A stretch of 64,000 nt of DNA, taken from NCBI RefSeq assembly GCF_000143415.4, contig NW_003314338.1, positions 203,015-267,014 of the forward strand, read 5' to 3'. The notes under the pieces are model-generated. The model had not been told where the DNA came from. It made no database searches and was given only the letters and a program-made list of their open reading frames with translations. The stretch is from Selaginella moellendorffii. Lineage: Eukaryota > Plantae > Lycopodiophyta. This document shows positions 38,901-52,119 of the stretch, in pieces (positions within the stretch are counted from its first letter, which is position 1; each line of letters opens with the position of its first letter). Both the position numbers and the translations under genes were made by a program.

Positions 38901-41900
38901 ACCCAAGACTTCTTAATAGCATAAGGAAGTTAGATATACCCTTACGGGGGATAAGTTGCTTGTGTTGCGATATAGTAAGTCAATGTCATAAAAGGAAATA
39001 CTCATTGTCAAGAGAGCCATCATTGGGACACCCGGACACTCTAGAACACCAGAAGGTGGTGTTTGATGTCGCGAGGGCAATGGATAAAGCCCAAGGGACT
39101 AAGTCCCTAGCGAATGATGGATAGAAGATGCTATCCAAATGTCCAAGGTTGCCGAGACAGGAGAGACTGTCTACCCGAGTTGGACAAAGCCAAAAATGGA
39201 ATTTTGGCAAGGCTAGTGATGGGCATGTAAAGGCCCATAAGCAACAATGTAATCCCAGTGTGTGGGATTATAAGGTGAGCATACCCGGATTGAGGAACCA
39301 CTCCCTAGGCTATTGGGTAGGTTCATCCCTAAAAATACTTGCTAAAGCGTGATAGAAAGTGCAAAGCTATCCTCCTGGTCTGGAGGAGAATGACCAAAGG
39401 AAAGGTGTGAAGCCAAAAAGCAAGTAGTAAGGGGATAGAACCAAACCATAGGAATCGAAGGGCATAACCAAGGTTGGTTATGCTAGCTGGGAGTGGAGAA
39501 TCAAGTGGGGGCTCGAGGGTGTTGCCGCTAGCAACCGTGATGCCATGGAAAGTCTAAAATATGGAATTGTCCATGTTAGACTATGTGGCATTTTGAAGGC
39601 TTGCAAAAAGGGAGGCCTTAGCAAGCTGAGGGACAAAGTTCCTTCAAGGTTCCCAAAGACGATTCTAGGTAGCTTAGTACCTAGAAAGGCCAAATGTAAA
39701 TGGTTCATGCAACGCGCGAAATCAGAGTGGCGCAGCAGAAGCGTGGTCTTGAAGCTTGCCATGAGGCAAGGCTATCAAGGTTAGGGAAGTAGTTCCCGAG
39801 TGTTCAAAGAGAGGGCTTTGAACGAAAGTCGATGGTCAAGGACTTTCACGCCTATGCAGGAACCATGTTACAGTGGTCGGAGGACTTGCCAAGCGAGATT
39901 GGCACGTCGGGGGAACAAATACCCTAGTTGAAGGTGATAACTTCAAAAAGGGTGGGCCATAGGGCCGAGCATGGAGGAGTCCATGCATGATCACAGACAT
40001 GTCAAGTGAGAGGACTTGGCAGTGTGGAGGAACTAGGTTCCTAAGCTGTGATCTGTAGCGCGCTTTAAAAATAGGTTGGTGCACCGGCGTGGGGAGTCAC
40101 ACCAGGCATCTTGTGTGATGCCATCCGTAGATGCATATACGGAGGTTGGGTTCGAGTCCCGACCCTCTAGTGCTTGGGTTCGAGTCCCAAATCACTAGGG
40201 CGTGGTGATGGTTTGGAATATGAGGACACTCATATTTCGGTGGTCATGGACTTTCAGTGGGGAGACTGGTTTGGGCACACCGCCAAGCGAGGGATGCCTC
40301 GGAGTCGTGATGCACGGTTAGATTGCCTAGTGTGAAAGCTCGGCATATCTAACTTGAACGCTTTGGTGCAAGTGGCACCAAGGTCGTGGTGAGTGAGATG
40401 GGGACACCTAATCTCAGTTGCTATGAACCCTTGGCCGTAAGGGCTAGCTTGGGTGCACCGCCAAGTGTGGGGGATGCCCCCGGGGTTATAGTCAACAACT
40501 TGGAGGTCTAGAAAACCAAGTACCTCTTGGCAAATCTGTTAAGGTGCCAAGGTGAGATCACTAGGTGATCTTATGGCCAGATAAGGACAAGGTCCTTGGT
40601 TGGCTAAGGAATGAAGTTCCTGGTTCAAAATGTTGAAATTGAACTGTTTAAGGTGGTGTGGCTTGGTCGTGATAACCAAGTGGGAAGAGCACCTAAAGGA
40701 AATAAACTATGTCCGTGCGATGGCATAGTGAGTCCGAGGAAAGTAGTCTCTATAAAAGACCCATGGGAGGGTCACGAAGTTGGGCCGTGGATAGAGCCCA
40801 TAGCAGAAGATGCTAAAGAGACGTACTAGGGGTGAACATCCTCCGGACTTGGCAAAGAAGAGTCTTTGCGATGGAACCGAAACAATACCTCAAGGAGGGA
40901 GGTAGAGATTCGATGTTGCTTGGTGCAACAATCAACGGATAGGAGCAAAAGATGAGTGGCCAAGATAGGGCCGTAGAATCCCTTGGAAGGAATCCAAGTG
41001 ACGAAGTTAGGCGAGGAACACTAATGTGTTGGACGCTAACAAGTTGCGGGAAAGGAAGTGTGTTTCCGAGGAGGGATTCCGAAATTCTCCGATTTGGCGA
41101 AAGTGGAAGCTCCAAGGGAGGGAGCGGTAAGGTAGCCAAATGATAGGGCCATGAACAGCCCTAGCACAAAGTATGATAACTGGAACTTTGGCACGAAATA
41201 GAAGAGAGGATGATGGTGCTCTCGAGTAGAGAACTTCCTAGGATGGGAAGTGGAGTTGCACAAAAGGTGCAAGGCAAGGTGTCGGAGACACCTAGGAAAG
41301 TGACTCTAAGAAATCAAAATTCAAAGTTCCAAAGTGCAAAGGTTATATCGATGGAAATTGAGACTACTCGAGAAGGAGTAGTGGGATTGACTTAGAGAAG
41401 GGTCTCTAAGAGGTTTAGCAAGAACTAAACCAATAAAAGGAGAGAACCATTACATGTGGTCCAATCAGTCTCTAAGTTGGAGAGACTACGCTCCTTAAAG
41501 GATGGACAAGGCATGGTGAGCCTTTGATGTCAAACCATAGACAAAGATTGGCTAGGTGCCAAGGATGGAAATGGTAACACGTGTGGGTGTTACTTTATGA
41601 AAGGGTTTACCGTTCGATGAGGACATCGAACTTCGTCTATGGGTGGTGGAGTTGTGAGACACAAAATCCCTAGGCCCCAAAGTGGAGCCGGAAGGGCGCC
41701 ACATGGTAGTGGCCGAAGCGAGAGCCAAACGAGCGTAACACGTTTGGACCAAAAGCTCCGACTTGAAAAGTCAAGAGCGGGAGTGGAACTCCCAACGAAG
41801 TGCTCGAGGAACGAGCACGAAGCGAGCAAAAGGCAAGGCTCCAAAAAGGGACCCAAAAGGACCAACACATGACACGTGGGAGTGTCCGAGATGGACTCGA

Positions 41901-44900
41901 GATGGAGTCCGAAGTGGAGTCCGAGATGGACCCGAGTTGGAGTCCAAGATGGAGTCCGAGATGGAGTCCGAGGTGGACCCGAGATGGACCCGAGTTGGAG
42001 TCCGAAGTGGAGTCCGAGATGGACCCGAGATGGAGTCCGAGATGGAGTCCGAGATGGAGTCTGAGGTGGACCCGAGATGGACCCGAAATGGAGTCCGAGA
42101 TGGAGTCCGAGATGGACCCGAGATGGAGTCCGAGATGGAGTCCGAGGTGGACCCGAGATGGACCCGAAATGGAGTCCGAGATGGAGTCCGAGATGGACCC
42201 GAGATGGAGTCTGAGATGGAGTCCGAGATGGACCCGAGATGGACCCGAGATGGAGTCCGAGATGGAGTCCGAGATGGAGTCCGAGATAGAGTCCGAGATG
42301 GAGTCCGAAGTCAAGACTGAGACTAGAACCGAGACCGGGACCAAGACCGAGACCGAGACCGAGATCGGGACCGAGACCGAGACCGAGGCCGAGGCCAAGA
42401 CCGAGCCCGAGCCCGAGTCCGAGTCCGAATCCGAGTCCGAGTCCGAGTCCGAGTCCGAGTCCGAGTCCGAGTCCGAGTCCGAGTCCGGAGCCTGAGAGGG
42501 TGAAAGCCCAAAGCGTTCGTCTCCCAGACCCTGGGGGNNNNNNNNNNNNNNNNNNNNNNNNNNNNNNNNNNNNNNNNNNNNNNNNNNNNNNNNNNNNNNN
42601 NNNNNNNNNNNNNNNNNNNNNNNNNNNNNNNNNNNNNNNNNNNNNNNNNNNNNNNNNNNNNNNNNNNNNNNNNNNNNNNNNNNNNNNNNNNNNNNNNNNN
42701 NNNNNNNNNNNNNNNNNNNNNNNNNNNNNNNNNNNNNNNNNNNNNNNNNNCCGATGCTCCCAATCCAAGTGTGGGTGGCACTACCTACTTGGATACCTGG
42801 TGTGGCTCAATGGAACCCGCTCTAAGCCCATGGCTAGAGCACCCAAGGGCAGAAGGCGAGGAGAGTACCCAGGTGGCTCGCGTAAGGCCACTGTGTTCCG
42901 AAATGTTGTCCCAAAGGCCCAGACTGTGGAAAGGAAGAGGAGCAGTCCTCTGGGGTAGTGACCAAGGACACAGTCGTGTGGTGAGGAAGTCCCAAAGGAC
43001 TGTGGGACTTAGTGGTCAGGCCTGTGGGTCTCGATCCAGTGGCAGTGTTGGCAAACACGACCAGGGGCAGAAAGGGACTTAGTGGGGACTGACAGAGGGA
43101 TATTGGGGAAGGCTATCTCCTTGTCGGTGGGCATCCTAAGGATGCTAAGGAGTGGATCTGAGATGACCACTCATGGATGGTTTGCCTAGTCTTGGAGAGC
43201 CAAGACTGTGATGCAAGTGGTATTGGACTACCAGTGTGGCAAAGGTGATTGGGCATGGCCTTAGCGTAACGGGCTGCTATGTCGGTGGTACCTTTGAGTG
43301 TCGGTCATGGGATCGGACACGTGGAGCACTTGGACCAAGTGCAAATGTTGAGTGGTATAGATGCCATTTTCGAGGCTAGCAAGTCCCAAGTCCTGGATTG
43401 GACTTATGGAGGTTGTGAATGAGACTCCTCCAAGTGGTCAGAAGTGTGGTTAAGTGACTAAAGTAGAATGGAAATTTTAGTCGCTTACAATTTGGTATTA
43501 GAGCTGTTCCTTAGTCCGACTTTTATTGGTGCTCAAGTATATCACCACTAGTGTTGGCATCGGAAGGTCCGAGGAGTGGGCCTATCCTTGAGGAGTAGCA
43601 AGTCGGGAAGACATGGCTCTCCATTACAGTTCATGGGTGAACTTGTAGACGAGGTGGTGGATAGAAAAGGGCCAATAATGGAACGACTTTGGGATTTTGG
43701 GAACAGTGCAAGGTTTTCCTCATATAGTTGAGGTTGGTGCTCATGAATGTGAGACCAAAGGTAATGACCGTGGAAGGTCAAATACGAAAGAGGACTCAAG
43801 TCCTTGAAATGGTAGCCGGGGCTACCTTTAATAAATGCTGGAACAACCCAAGGAGTTGGGGGGTGTACTTAGAGATGAGTGGTATTCCCATCGCATGGAC
43901 AAGTAGTCCTAAGGGGCAAAAGTTGCCCCCAGAGAACAAAATCAAGTGTCGGAGTAACACTTGTGAAAATAGTCCTTTTGAGTAGGACATGAATGCAAGA
44001 AGTGTATTCCAGTGAGCTAGTGCCTCACAAGTAGGACCTTACGGGTCTGTGGATTAACCAAGTCCAAAACTGCTGGATGACTCAAGTAGAGTCAAGGGAT
44101 GGTCCTAAAAGGACTGATGGAAGCATTTGGACTGAGGTGTGTTGTACCCCACAAAGGATGGGGGGGGGGGGGATCATAAGATCCAAGGATGAGAACATAG
44201 AGTATCTCATCGATGGCAAAATGTGCCATGCTAAAGTTATGGGAAAGGTGTTCCCAGAAGAAAACAACTTTGACACAAAGTTGTGTGTGACCTCTATGGT
44301 GTAGTGCTAACGGATGGTTGGCATGAGAAAGAGCGGTGTTGGTCTTGGCAAAGACTTAAACACGAAGGGGAAGTGTCATAGAGGTAGGCTCGTGGAGCTG
44401 ATGGTGTGGAGACACCAAATGTGCCAAGGTGTGATACCTTGAGGCTATGTTGGTGGGTTCATGAGAACCCCTTGCCAAAGGAATCCCAATGGAAATGGGA
44501 ATGGCATAGCCTAAGTGGCAGAGCATGCAGTTGGAGTGCGGTGACCCAGATAATGATGGAGGTGTGCAAGCACCAAGCAATGAGTTGTAGGACTTGACAA
44601 CCATGAGGCAACTAAGCAAGAGATGCAAAATAACTGGTTAAACGGGTAGAAGGTAGCTACCCAAGACTTCTAGTATAGGGAAGTCGGATATACCCTTACG
44701 GGGGATAAGTTGCTTATGTTGCGATATAGTAAGTCAATGTCATAAAAGGAAATACTCATTGTCAAGAAAGCCATCATTGGGACACCCGAACACTCTAGAA
44801 CACCAGAAGGTGGTGTTTGATGTTGCGAGGGCAATAGATAAAGCCCAAGGGACTAAGTCCCTAGTGAATGATGGATAGAAGGTGCTATCCAAATGTCCAA

Positions 44901-47900
44901 GGTTGCGGAGACGGGTGAAGACTGTCTACCCAAATTGGACAAAGCCAAAAATGAAATTTTGGCAAGGCTAGTGATGGGCATGTAAAGGCCCATAAGCAAC
45001 AATGTTAACCCCAGTGTGTGGGATTATAAGGTGAGCATGCCCAAAATTGAGGAACCACTCCCTAGGCTATCGGGTAGGTTCATCCCTAAAAATACTTGCT
45101 AAGGCATAGTAAAATGTACAAAGCTATCCTCCTAGTCTGGAGGAGAATAACCAAAGGAAACATATGGGGCCAAAAGGCAAGTAGTATTGGGATGGAACTG
45201 AACTATAGAAATCGAAAGGCATATCCAACGGTGGTTATACAAGTTGGGAGTGGATAATCAAGCGAGGGCTCAAGGGTGTTTTTGCTAGCAACCGTGATGC
45301 CATGAGGAGTCTAAAATATGGAATTGTCCATGTTAGACTATGTAGCAATTGGAAAGCTTGCAAAAAGGAAGGCCTTAGCAAGCTAAGGGACAGAGTTCCT
45401 TCAAGGTTCCCAAAGACGATTCTAGATAGCTTAGTACCTAGAAAAGCCAAATGTAAATGGTTCATGGAACGCGCAAAATCAGAGTGGCGTAGCAGAAGCG
45501 TGGTCTTGAAGCTTGCCATGAGGCAATGCTATCAAGGTTAGGGAAGTAGTTCCCGAGTGTTCAAAGAGAGGGCTTTGAACAAAAGTCGATGGTCAAAGAC
45601 TTTCACGCTTATGCAAGAACCATGTTCCAATGGTCGGAGGACTTGCCAAGCGAGATTGGCAAGTCTAGGGAACAAATACCCTAGTTGAAGGTAATAACTT
45701 CAAAAAGGGTGGGCCATGGGGCCAAGCATGGAGGAGTCCATGCATGATCACGGACTTGTCAAGTGGGAGGACTTGGCAGTGTGGAGGAATTAGGTTCCTA
45801 AGCTGTGATCTATAGCACGTTTTGAGTATATGTTGGTGCACTGGCATGAGGAGTCACGCCAGGCATCTAGGGTGATGCCGTCCGTAGATGCATATACGGA
45901 GGTTGGGTTCGAGTCCCGACCCTCTAGTGCTTGGGTTTGAGTCCCAAATCACTAGGGCGTGGTGATGGTTTGGAATATGAGGACACTCATATTTTGGTGG
46001 TCATGGACTCTCAGTGAGGAGACTGGTTTGGGCACACCGCCAAGCGAGGGATGCCTCGGAGTCGTGATGCACGGTTAGATTGCTTAGAGTTAAAACTCGG
46101 CATATCTAACTTGAACACTTTGGTGCAAAGGGCACCAAGGACGCGGTGAATGAGATGGGGACACCCAGTCTCAGTTGCTATGGACCCTTGGCTAGAAGGG
46201 CTGGCTTGGGCGCACCGCCAAGTGTGGAGGATGCCCCCGGGGTCGTAGTCAACAAATTAAAGGTCTGGAAGACCTAGTACCTATTGGCAAACCTGTTAAG
46301 GTGTCAAGATTAGATCACTAGGTGATCATATGGCTAAACAAGGACGAGGTCCTTGTGAGGTTAAGGAACAAGGTTCCTAATTCAAAGCATTGATTTAAAC
46401 TATTGATAATGGTGTGGCTTGGTCAAGTTGACCAAGTGGGAAGGACGCTTAAGGGAAATGAACTACGACGATACAATGGTATTGTGAGTTCAAGAAAATA
46501 GTCTCTAGAAAGGACCTATGGGAGGGTCACAATGTTGGGCCGTGGAAGGGGCCCATAGCAGAAGTTGCTAAAGAGACCTATTAGGGGTGAGCACCCTCTG
46601 GACTTGGTGAAGTGGAGCTTTGCTATGGAACCAAAAAATACCTCAAGGAGGGAGGTAGTGATCCTGTGTTGCTTGATGCAATAATTAATGCATAGGAGCA
46701 AAAGACTAGTGGCTAAGTTTGGGCCATGGAATTTAATGGGAGGAATCTAAATGGCAAGGTTAGCCGAGGAACACTAATGTGTTTGATGCTAATGGATTGC
46801 GGGAAAGGAAGTGGACTTCCAAGGTTAGATTCCCAAGTGCTCCAATTTGGCAAAGTAAAAGCTCCAAGTGAGGAACGGCAAAGTAGCCAAAGGATAGGGC
46901 TGTGGATAGCCCTGGCACAAATGATGATAATGGGAACGTAATGCCAAGGGTGGCACAAAATAGAAAAGAGGATGATGGTGCCCTCAAGTAGAGAACTTCC
47001 TAGGATAGGGAAGTGGACTTGCACAATATATGCAATGCAAGGTGTCGGAGACACCTAGGAAATTGACTTCAAGAAGTCAAAAGTAAACGTTCCAAAATGC
47101 AAAGGTTATGTCGATAGAATCTGAGACTACTCGAGAATGAGTAGTGGAATTGAGTTAGAGACGATGTCTCTAACGGGTTTAGCAAGAACTGAACCAATAA
47201 AAGGGAGAAACCACCCCAGGTGGTGGAATGAGTCTCTATGTTGGAGAGACTATACTCCTTAGAGGATGGGCAAGGCATGGGGAGCCTTTGGTGTCAAACC
47301 ATTGACGAATATGGAGAAGGCATGGTGAGCCTTCAATGTCAAACTATTGACAAATATTGGCTAAGTGCCAAAGGATGGAAATGGTAATACCTACGGGTGT
47401 TACTTTATAAAAGGGTTTACCATTCAATGAGGACATCGAACTTCATCTATGGGTGGTGGAGTTGTGAGACACAAAATCCCTAGGCCCCAAAGTGGAGCTG
47501 AAAGGGTGCCACGTGGAAGTGGCCGAAGCGAAAGCCAAACGAGCGTAACACATTTGGACTAAAAGCTCCGACTTGAAAGGTCGAGAGCGGGAGTGGAACT
47601 CTTAATAAAGTGTTCGAGGAACAAGCATGAAGCGAGCAATAAGCAAGGCTCCAAAAAGGGACCCAAAAGGACCAACACATGACACGTGGAAGTGTCCGAG
47701 ATGGACCCGAGTTGGAGTCCGAGATGGAGTCCGAGATGGACCAGGACAGAGTCCAAGATGGAGTCCGAGGTTGAGTCCGAGATGGAGTCCGAGGTGGAGT
47801 CCGAGATGGAGTCCGAAATGGACCGAGATGGAGTCCAAGGTGGAGTCTAAGATGGACCCAAGATGGAGTCCAAGATGGACCCGAGATGGAGTCCGAGATG

Positions 47901-48773
47901 GACCCAAGATGGAGTCCGAGATGGATCTAGACGGAGTCCGAGGTGGACCCGAGATGGAGTCCGAGGTCGAGACCGAGACCGGGACCGAGACCGAGACCGA
48001 GACCGAGACTGGGACCGGGACCGGGACCGAGACCGAGCCCAAGGCCGAGACCGGGACCGAGACCGAGCCCGAGGCCAAGACCAAGCCCAAGGCCGAGTCC
48101 GAGTCTGAGTCCGAGTCTGAGTCCGAGTTCAAGTTCGAGTCTGAGAGGGTGAAAGCCCAAAGCGTTCATCTCCCAAACCCTGGGGCCTTTGGTGAGCTCC
48201 AAAAGTATAGTGAGGGGGAGGATTGCAGTGGAGCCAATTTGGCCAAGAAAGGCAAGTTTGGCCTAGGAAGGCTGTGCCTAGTGTTGGGTGATGAGCTGCC
48301 CACTGGGAAGTCCAAGACTAGAGTGAACACAGACCGACAAGTGGGGTAGCTTGGTGAAGTGTTCAAGAGCCGGCTCTAGTTCCCCCGAGAGATCGACTGG
48401 CCGATGCTCCCAGTCCAAGTGTGGGTGGCACTACCTACTTGGATACCAGGCGTGGCTCAACGGAACCTCGCTCTAAGCCCATGGCTAGAGCACCCAAAGG
48501 CGGAAGGCGGGGAGAGTACCCAGGTGGCTCGTGTAAGGCCACAGTGTTCCGAAGTGTTGTCCCAAAGTCCCAGACTGTGGAAAGGAAAAGGAGCAGTCTT
48601 TTGGTGTGGTGGCCAAGGATACGGTCAAGTGGTGAGGAAGTCCCAGAGGACCATGGGACTTAGTGGTCAGGCCTGTGGGCCTCAATCCGGTGGCAGTGTT
48701 GGCAAACTCGGCCAAGGGCAGAAAGGGACTTAGTGGGGACAGACATAGGGATATTGGGGAAGGTTGTTCCCCT
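32964..48773 (+). mobile_element. Tandem array of LARD-family units: LTR 32964-34776, partial interior, partial LTR 36791-37598, interior, LTR 41653-43489, interior, truncated LTR 47463-~48773
   Basis: A PBS follows the LTRs at 34780, 37602 and 43493. PPT GGGTGGTGGAGT precedes the LTRs at 41653 and 47463. An N gap (42538-42750) lies inside the middle LTR. Confidence 0.85.
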
Positions 48774-51246
48774 TGTGTTGCGATATAATAAGTCAATGTC
48801 ATAAAGGGAATGCTTATTGTCAAAGAAGGCCATCATTAAGACACCCACACACTCTAAAACACCATAAAGTGGTGTTTGATATCATAAGGGCATTAGATAA
48901 GGCCCAAGGGACTAAATCCCTAGTGAATGATGGATAGGAAGTGCTATTCAATATCCAAGGTTGCGGAGATGGGAAAAGTCTGTCTATCCAAATTGGACAA
49001 AGCCAAAAAGGGATTTTGGCAAGGCTAGTGACGGGCATATAAAGGCCCATAAATAGCAACATTAATCCCGGTGTGCAGGATTATATGGTGAGCATACTCG
49101 GATTGAGAAACCACTCTCTAGGCTATCAAATAGGTTCATCCCTAAAAATACTTGTTAAAGCATGGTAGAAAGTGCAAAGCTATCCTCCTAGTTTGAAGGA
49201 AAATAACTGAAAGAAACGTGTGAGGCCAAAAGCAAGTAGTAAAGGGATAGAACCGAACCATAGGAATCAAAGGGTATAACCAAGGGTAATTATGCAAATT
49301 AGGAATGGAGAATCAAGTGGGTGCTTAAGCATATTATTATTAGCAACCATGATGCCATGGAAAGCCTAAAATATAAAATTATCCATGTTAAACCATATGA
49401 TAATTAAAAAGCTTGTGAAAAGAGAGGCCTTAGCAAGCTAAGGGACAGCATCCCTTCAAGGTTCCCAAAGACAATTCTAGGTAGATTAATACCTAGAAAG
49501 CCAAGTGTAAATGGTTTATAGAACCTGTAAAATTAAAGTGGCGTAGCAGAAACATAGTCTTGAAGCTTGCCATAAGGCAGGGCTAATAAGGTTGGGAAAG
49601 TAATTCCCAAGTATTCAAAGGGATGGCTTGGAATAAAATTGGATGGTCAAGGACTTTCACACTTATGCACGAAACTATATTACGTTGGTCGGATAACTTG
49701 CTAAGTGAAATTGTCAAGTTGGGGGAACAAATACCCTAGTTGAAAGTGCTAACTTTAAAAGGGGTAGCTCATGGGGCTAAGTATGGAGGAGTCCATGCAT
49801 GATCACAAACTTGTCAAGTGAGAGGACTTAGCAGTGAAAAGGAACTAGGTTCCTAAGCTGTGATTTATAGCACGCTTTAAGTATAAATTGGTGCACCAGC
49901 ATAGGGAGTCACACTAGGCATCCTGGGTTGAGATCACAAAAAGCATAGAAACTCTAAAACAATAAAGGAGTCGTAGGTTTATCTTTATATGGTTGAGGAT
50001 GGTGCTCATGAATTTAAAACTAAAGTTAATAACCATAAGAAATTAAATACAAATAAGGATATATATCCATGAAATGGTAGTTGGGGCTACCTTTAATAAC
50101 CCAAGGAAGTTTCTCAAAGGATGAGTTGGTGTTCTCATCATATAGAAGGATAATTTTAAGGGGCAAAATTAGACCATGTAAAATGAAAGATAATTAAATA
50201 TAAAAGTAACACTTGAAAAAATAGTCCTTATGAATAGGATATGAATACAAGAAATTCTATTCAACTGTGGTGGCACCTCAAAAGTAGCCAGGAGGCTAGG
50301 ACCTTTCTAGACATTAGATTAACAAACTGAAATGACTTAATAGAGGTAAGGTTTGGAGGAATCCTATTTGGACGAAGGTGTATTATACCTATTGAAAGAC
50401 TAGAAGGATCATAAATTCCAAGTATAAGAATAGTGGGTATCTCATTGATGGTGAAAAATGCTATATTAAAGTCATGATAATGTGTTAACAAAAGAAAATA
50501 ATTTCGGGAAAGAGTTGTGTGTGAACACTATGGAGTAGTGCTAACCAATAGTTAGCATAAGAAATTACTACTTTGGTCATGGAAAAGACTTATACACAAG
50601 TGGAAAGTGTTGTGAGAGTAGGCTTGTGGAGGTGATGGGGTGAAGGCCTCAAGTGTCTCAAAGAATGATGCCTTAAGGTTAAGTTGGTGGATTTGTAATA
50701 GCCCCTTGCTAAAAAAACCCCAATGGAAATGAAGTTGCATATGGTTGGATTCATGTGTTTATACTAAATATTGATGGAGGTGTGAAAGCATTAGCAATGA
50801 GTTGTAGGATATGATAAGTATGAATTAATTAAGCAAACATTTGGAATAATTTGTTAGAATTAATTTCCTGATACCTCTTGGTTGAATAAAGAGGAGGTTA
50901 GATACATCCTTTAAGGGATGTTGTGCTTATGTTGCAATATAGTTGGTCAATATTAATAAAAAATGCTCATTACTTGGGAACTCCAATGAAACATATAAGC
51001 ATCTTAAAAACACACCAAAAAGGTGGCATTTGGGTATTATGGGGGCATTAGATGAAGCCCAAGGGACTAAGTCTCTAGAGAAAAATGGATAGAAGGTGTT
51101 ATCCAATGTCCAACATTGACAAAATTAAAGATGGGGTAAGTTCAATTATTTGAAGTGGATAAAGACAAATAAATTTTGGCATAGCTATGTAAGTGACTAA
51201 ATTTTCTATTCTACAATAGTCACTTAACCACACCTTTAACCACTTG
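48774..51246 (+). mobile_element. Older, AT-shifted and rearranged LARD interior fragments, plus an inverted LTR tip at ~51188
   Basis: Collinear with the 38960-40110 and 37915-39200 segments, with many C>T/G>A changes. Confidence 0.75.
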
Positions 51247-52119
51247 TGTAAGGAACCAACTCCCTGAGGTGTCAAAGGCTAAAAGATCCTTGAAAGCACA
51301 ACCAAAATGATAAAGAGTTCATCAAATGAGATCGAGTTCGAGATTGAGTTCGAGACTAAGATTGAGTTCAAGACCGAGTCTGAAACTGAGATCAAGATCG
51401 AGTTCAAGATCCAATATCATATCTGAGACTGAGTCCGAGACTAATATAAGCAACCAAAGAGAACGACTCGAGAGACGATCTGTTGGGGTTCAAATATAGA
51501 GGGAAAGGGCCCATGAACAAGAGTGCACCCCCTTTTCCAATCGATTAAGGGTCTTTGGATACTTGGGATTAAACGTCCTTGGGTTTGAATAGTACTGGGT
51601 TGGGTGACCTCCTGGGAAGTTTAAATTCATGAGCTTACAATCGAGTCCGAATACTAATATAGGTCGTGGGGTGAAAACCCAAAGCGTGTGTCTCCCGGGG
51701 GGGCTATAGAGGGTTCCAAAAGTATAATAGGGATAGTGAGATCCAAGAACCAGTCTCTAGGAAGGAAGTCCCCAATAATGCTTCCAAACAGACTTGAGGT
51801 TGAGTCTGGGGCTTAGGGGCCTTGGGTGGGAGTGAGCATGGACTCGGGTGGTGTTGGAGGGAGTGAACATGGACTCGGGTGGTGTTGGAGGGGCCACCCA
51901 AGAAAGTGCTCAAGAGTAGCTCCCACTCCCAAAAGGGAAACTGACTGCAATGCTCCTGACTCATATGGTGTGGTGCTACACTTGAGTACCTTGTGGCTCA
52001 TTAGTCCTCACCCTTCCTAAGGGCTTGGGTCGCAAGGGAACTTAATTAAGGCTAAGGCAACAGTGGTCAAATAAACGAGGTAAGTTGGCAAATTGGAAAG
52101 AAAAACTTTGTGGCTTATA
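51247..52119 (+). mobile_element. LTR of the gypsy-type family, with no matching TSD
   Basis: Starts TGTAAGGAACC as at 12750, the body matches 16680-17050, and the end GAAAAACTTTGTGGCTTATA matches the end at 17487. Confidence 0.8.
51445..51639 (+). mobile_element. Cassandra-like (5S rRNA-bearing TRIM) solo LTR
   Basis: 195 bp insert absent from the homologous LTR at ~16680. Ends are TATAAGC...GCTTACA (imperfect inverted termini). Bases 51568-51620 match the plant 5S internal control region (44/53 against the recalled consensus). Confidence 0.65.

Noticed and set aside
40141-40198. tRNA gene
   Set aside because: Only T-arm-like hairpins are present. No D arm/A box, anticodon arm or cloverleaf could be built.
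19609-48349. Long ORFs rich in ESEM, SPRW, LGLH and DSIS repeats (e.g. 25252-26202, 33082-33975, 41590-42768, 47627-48349)
   Set aside because: They are translations of the stop-free 12/6-bp LTR minisatellite, open in several frames on both strands, with starts and stops not conserved between copies.
51568-51620. Functional 5S rRNA gene
   Set aside because: Only ~53 nt of the internal region match. The 5' and 3' stems and the oligo-T terminator are absent.
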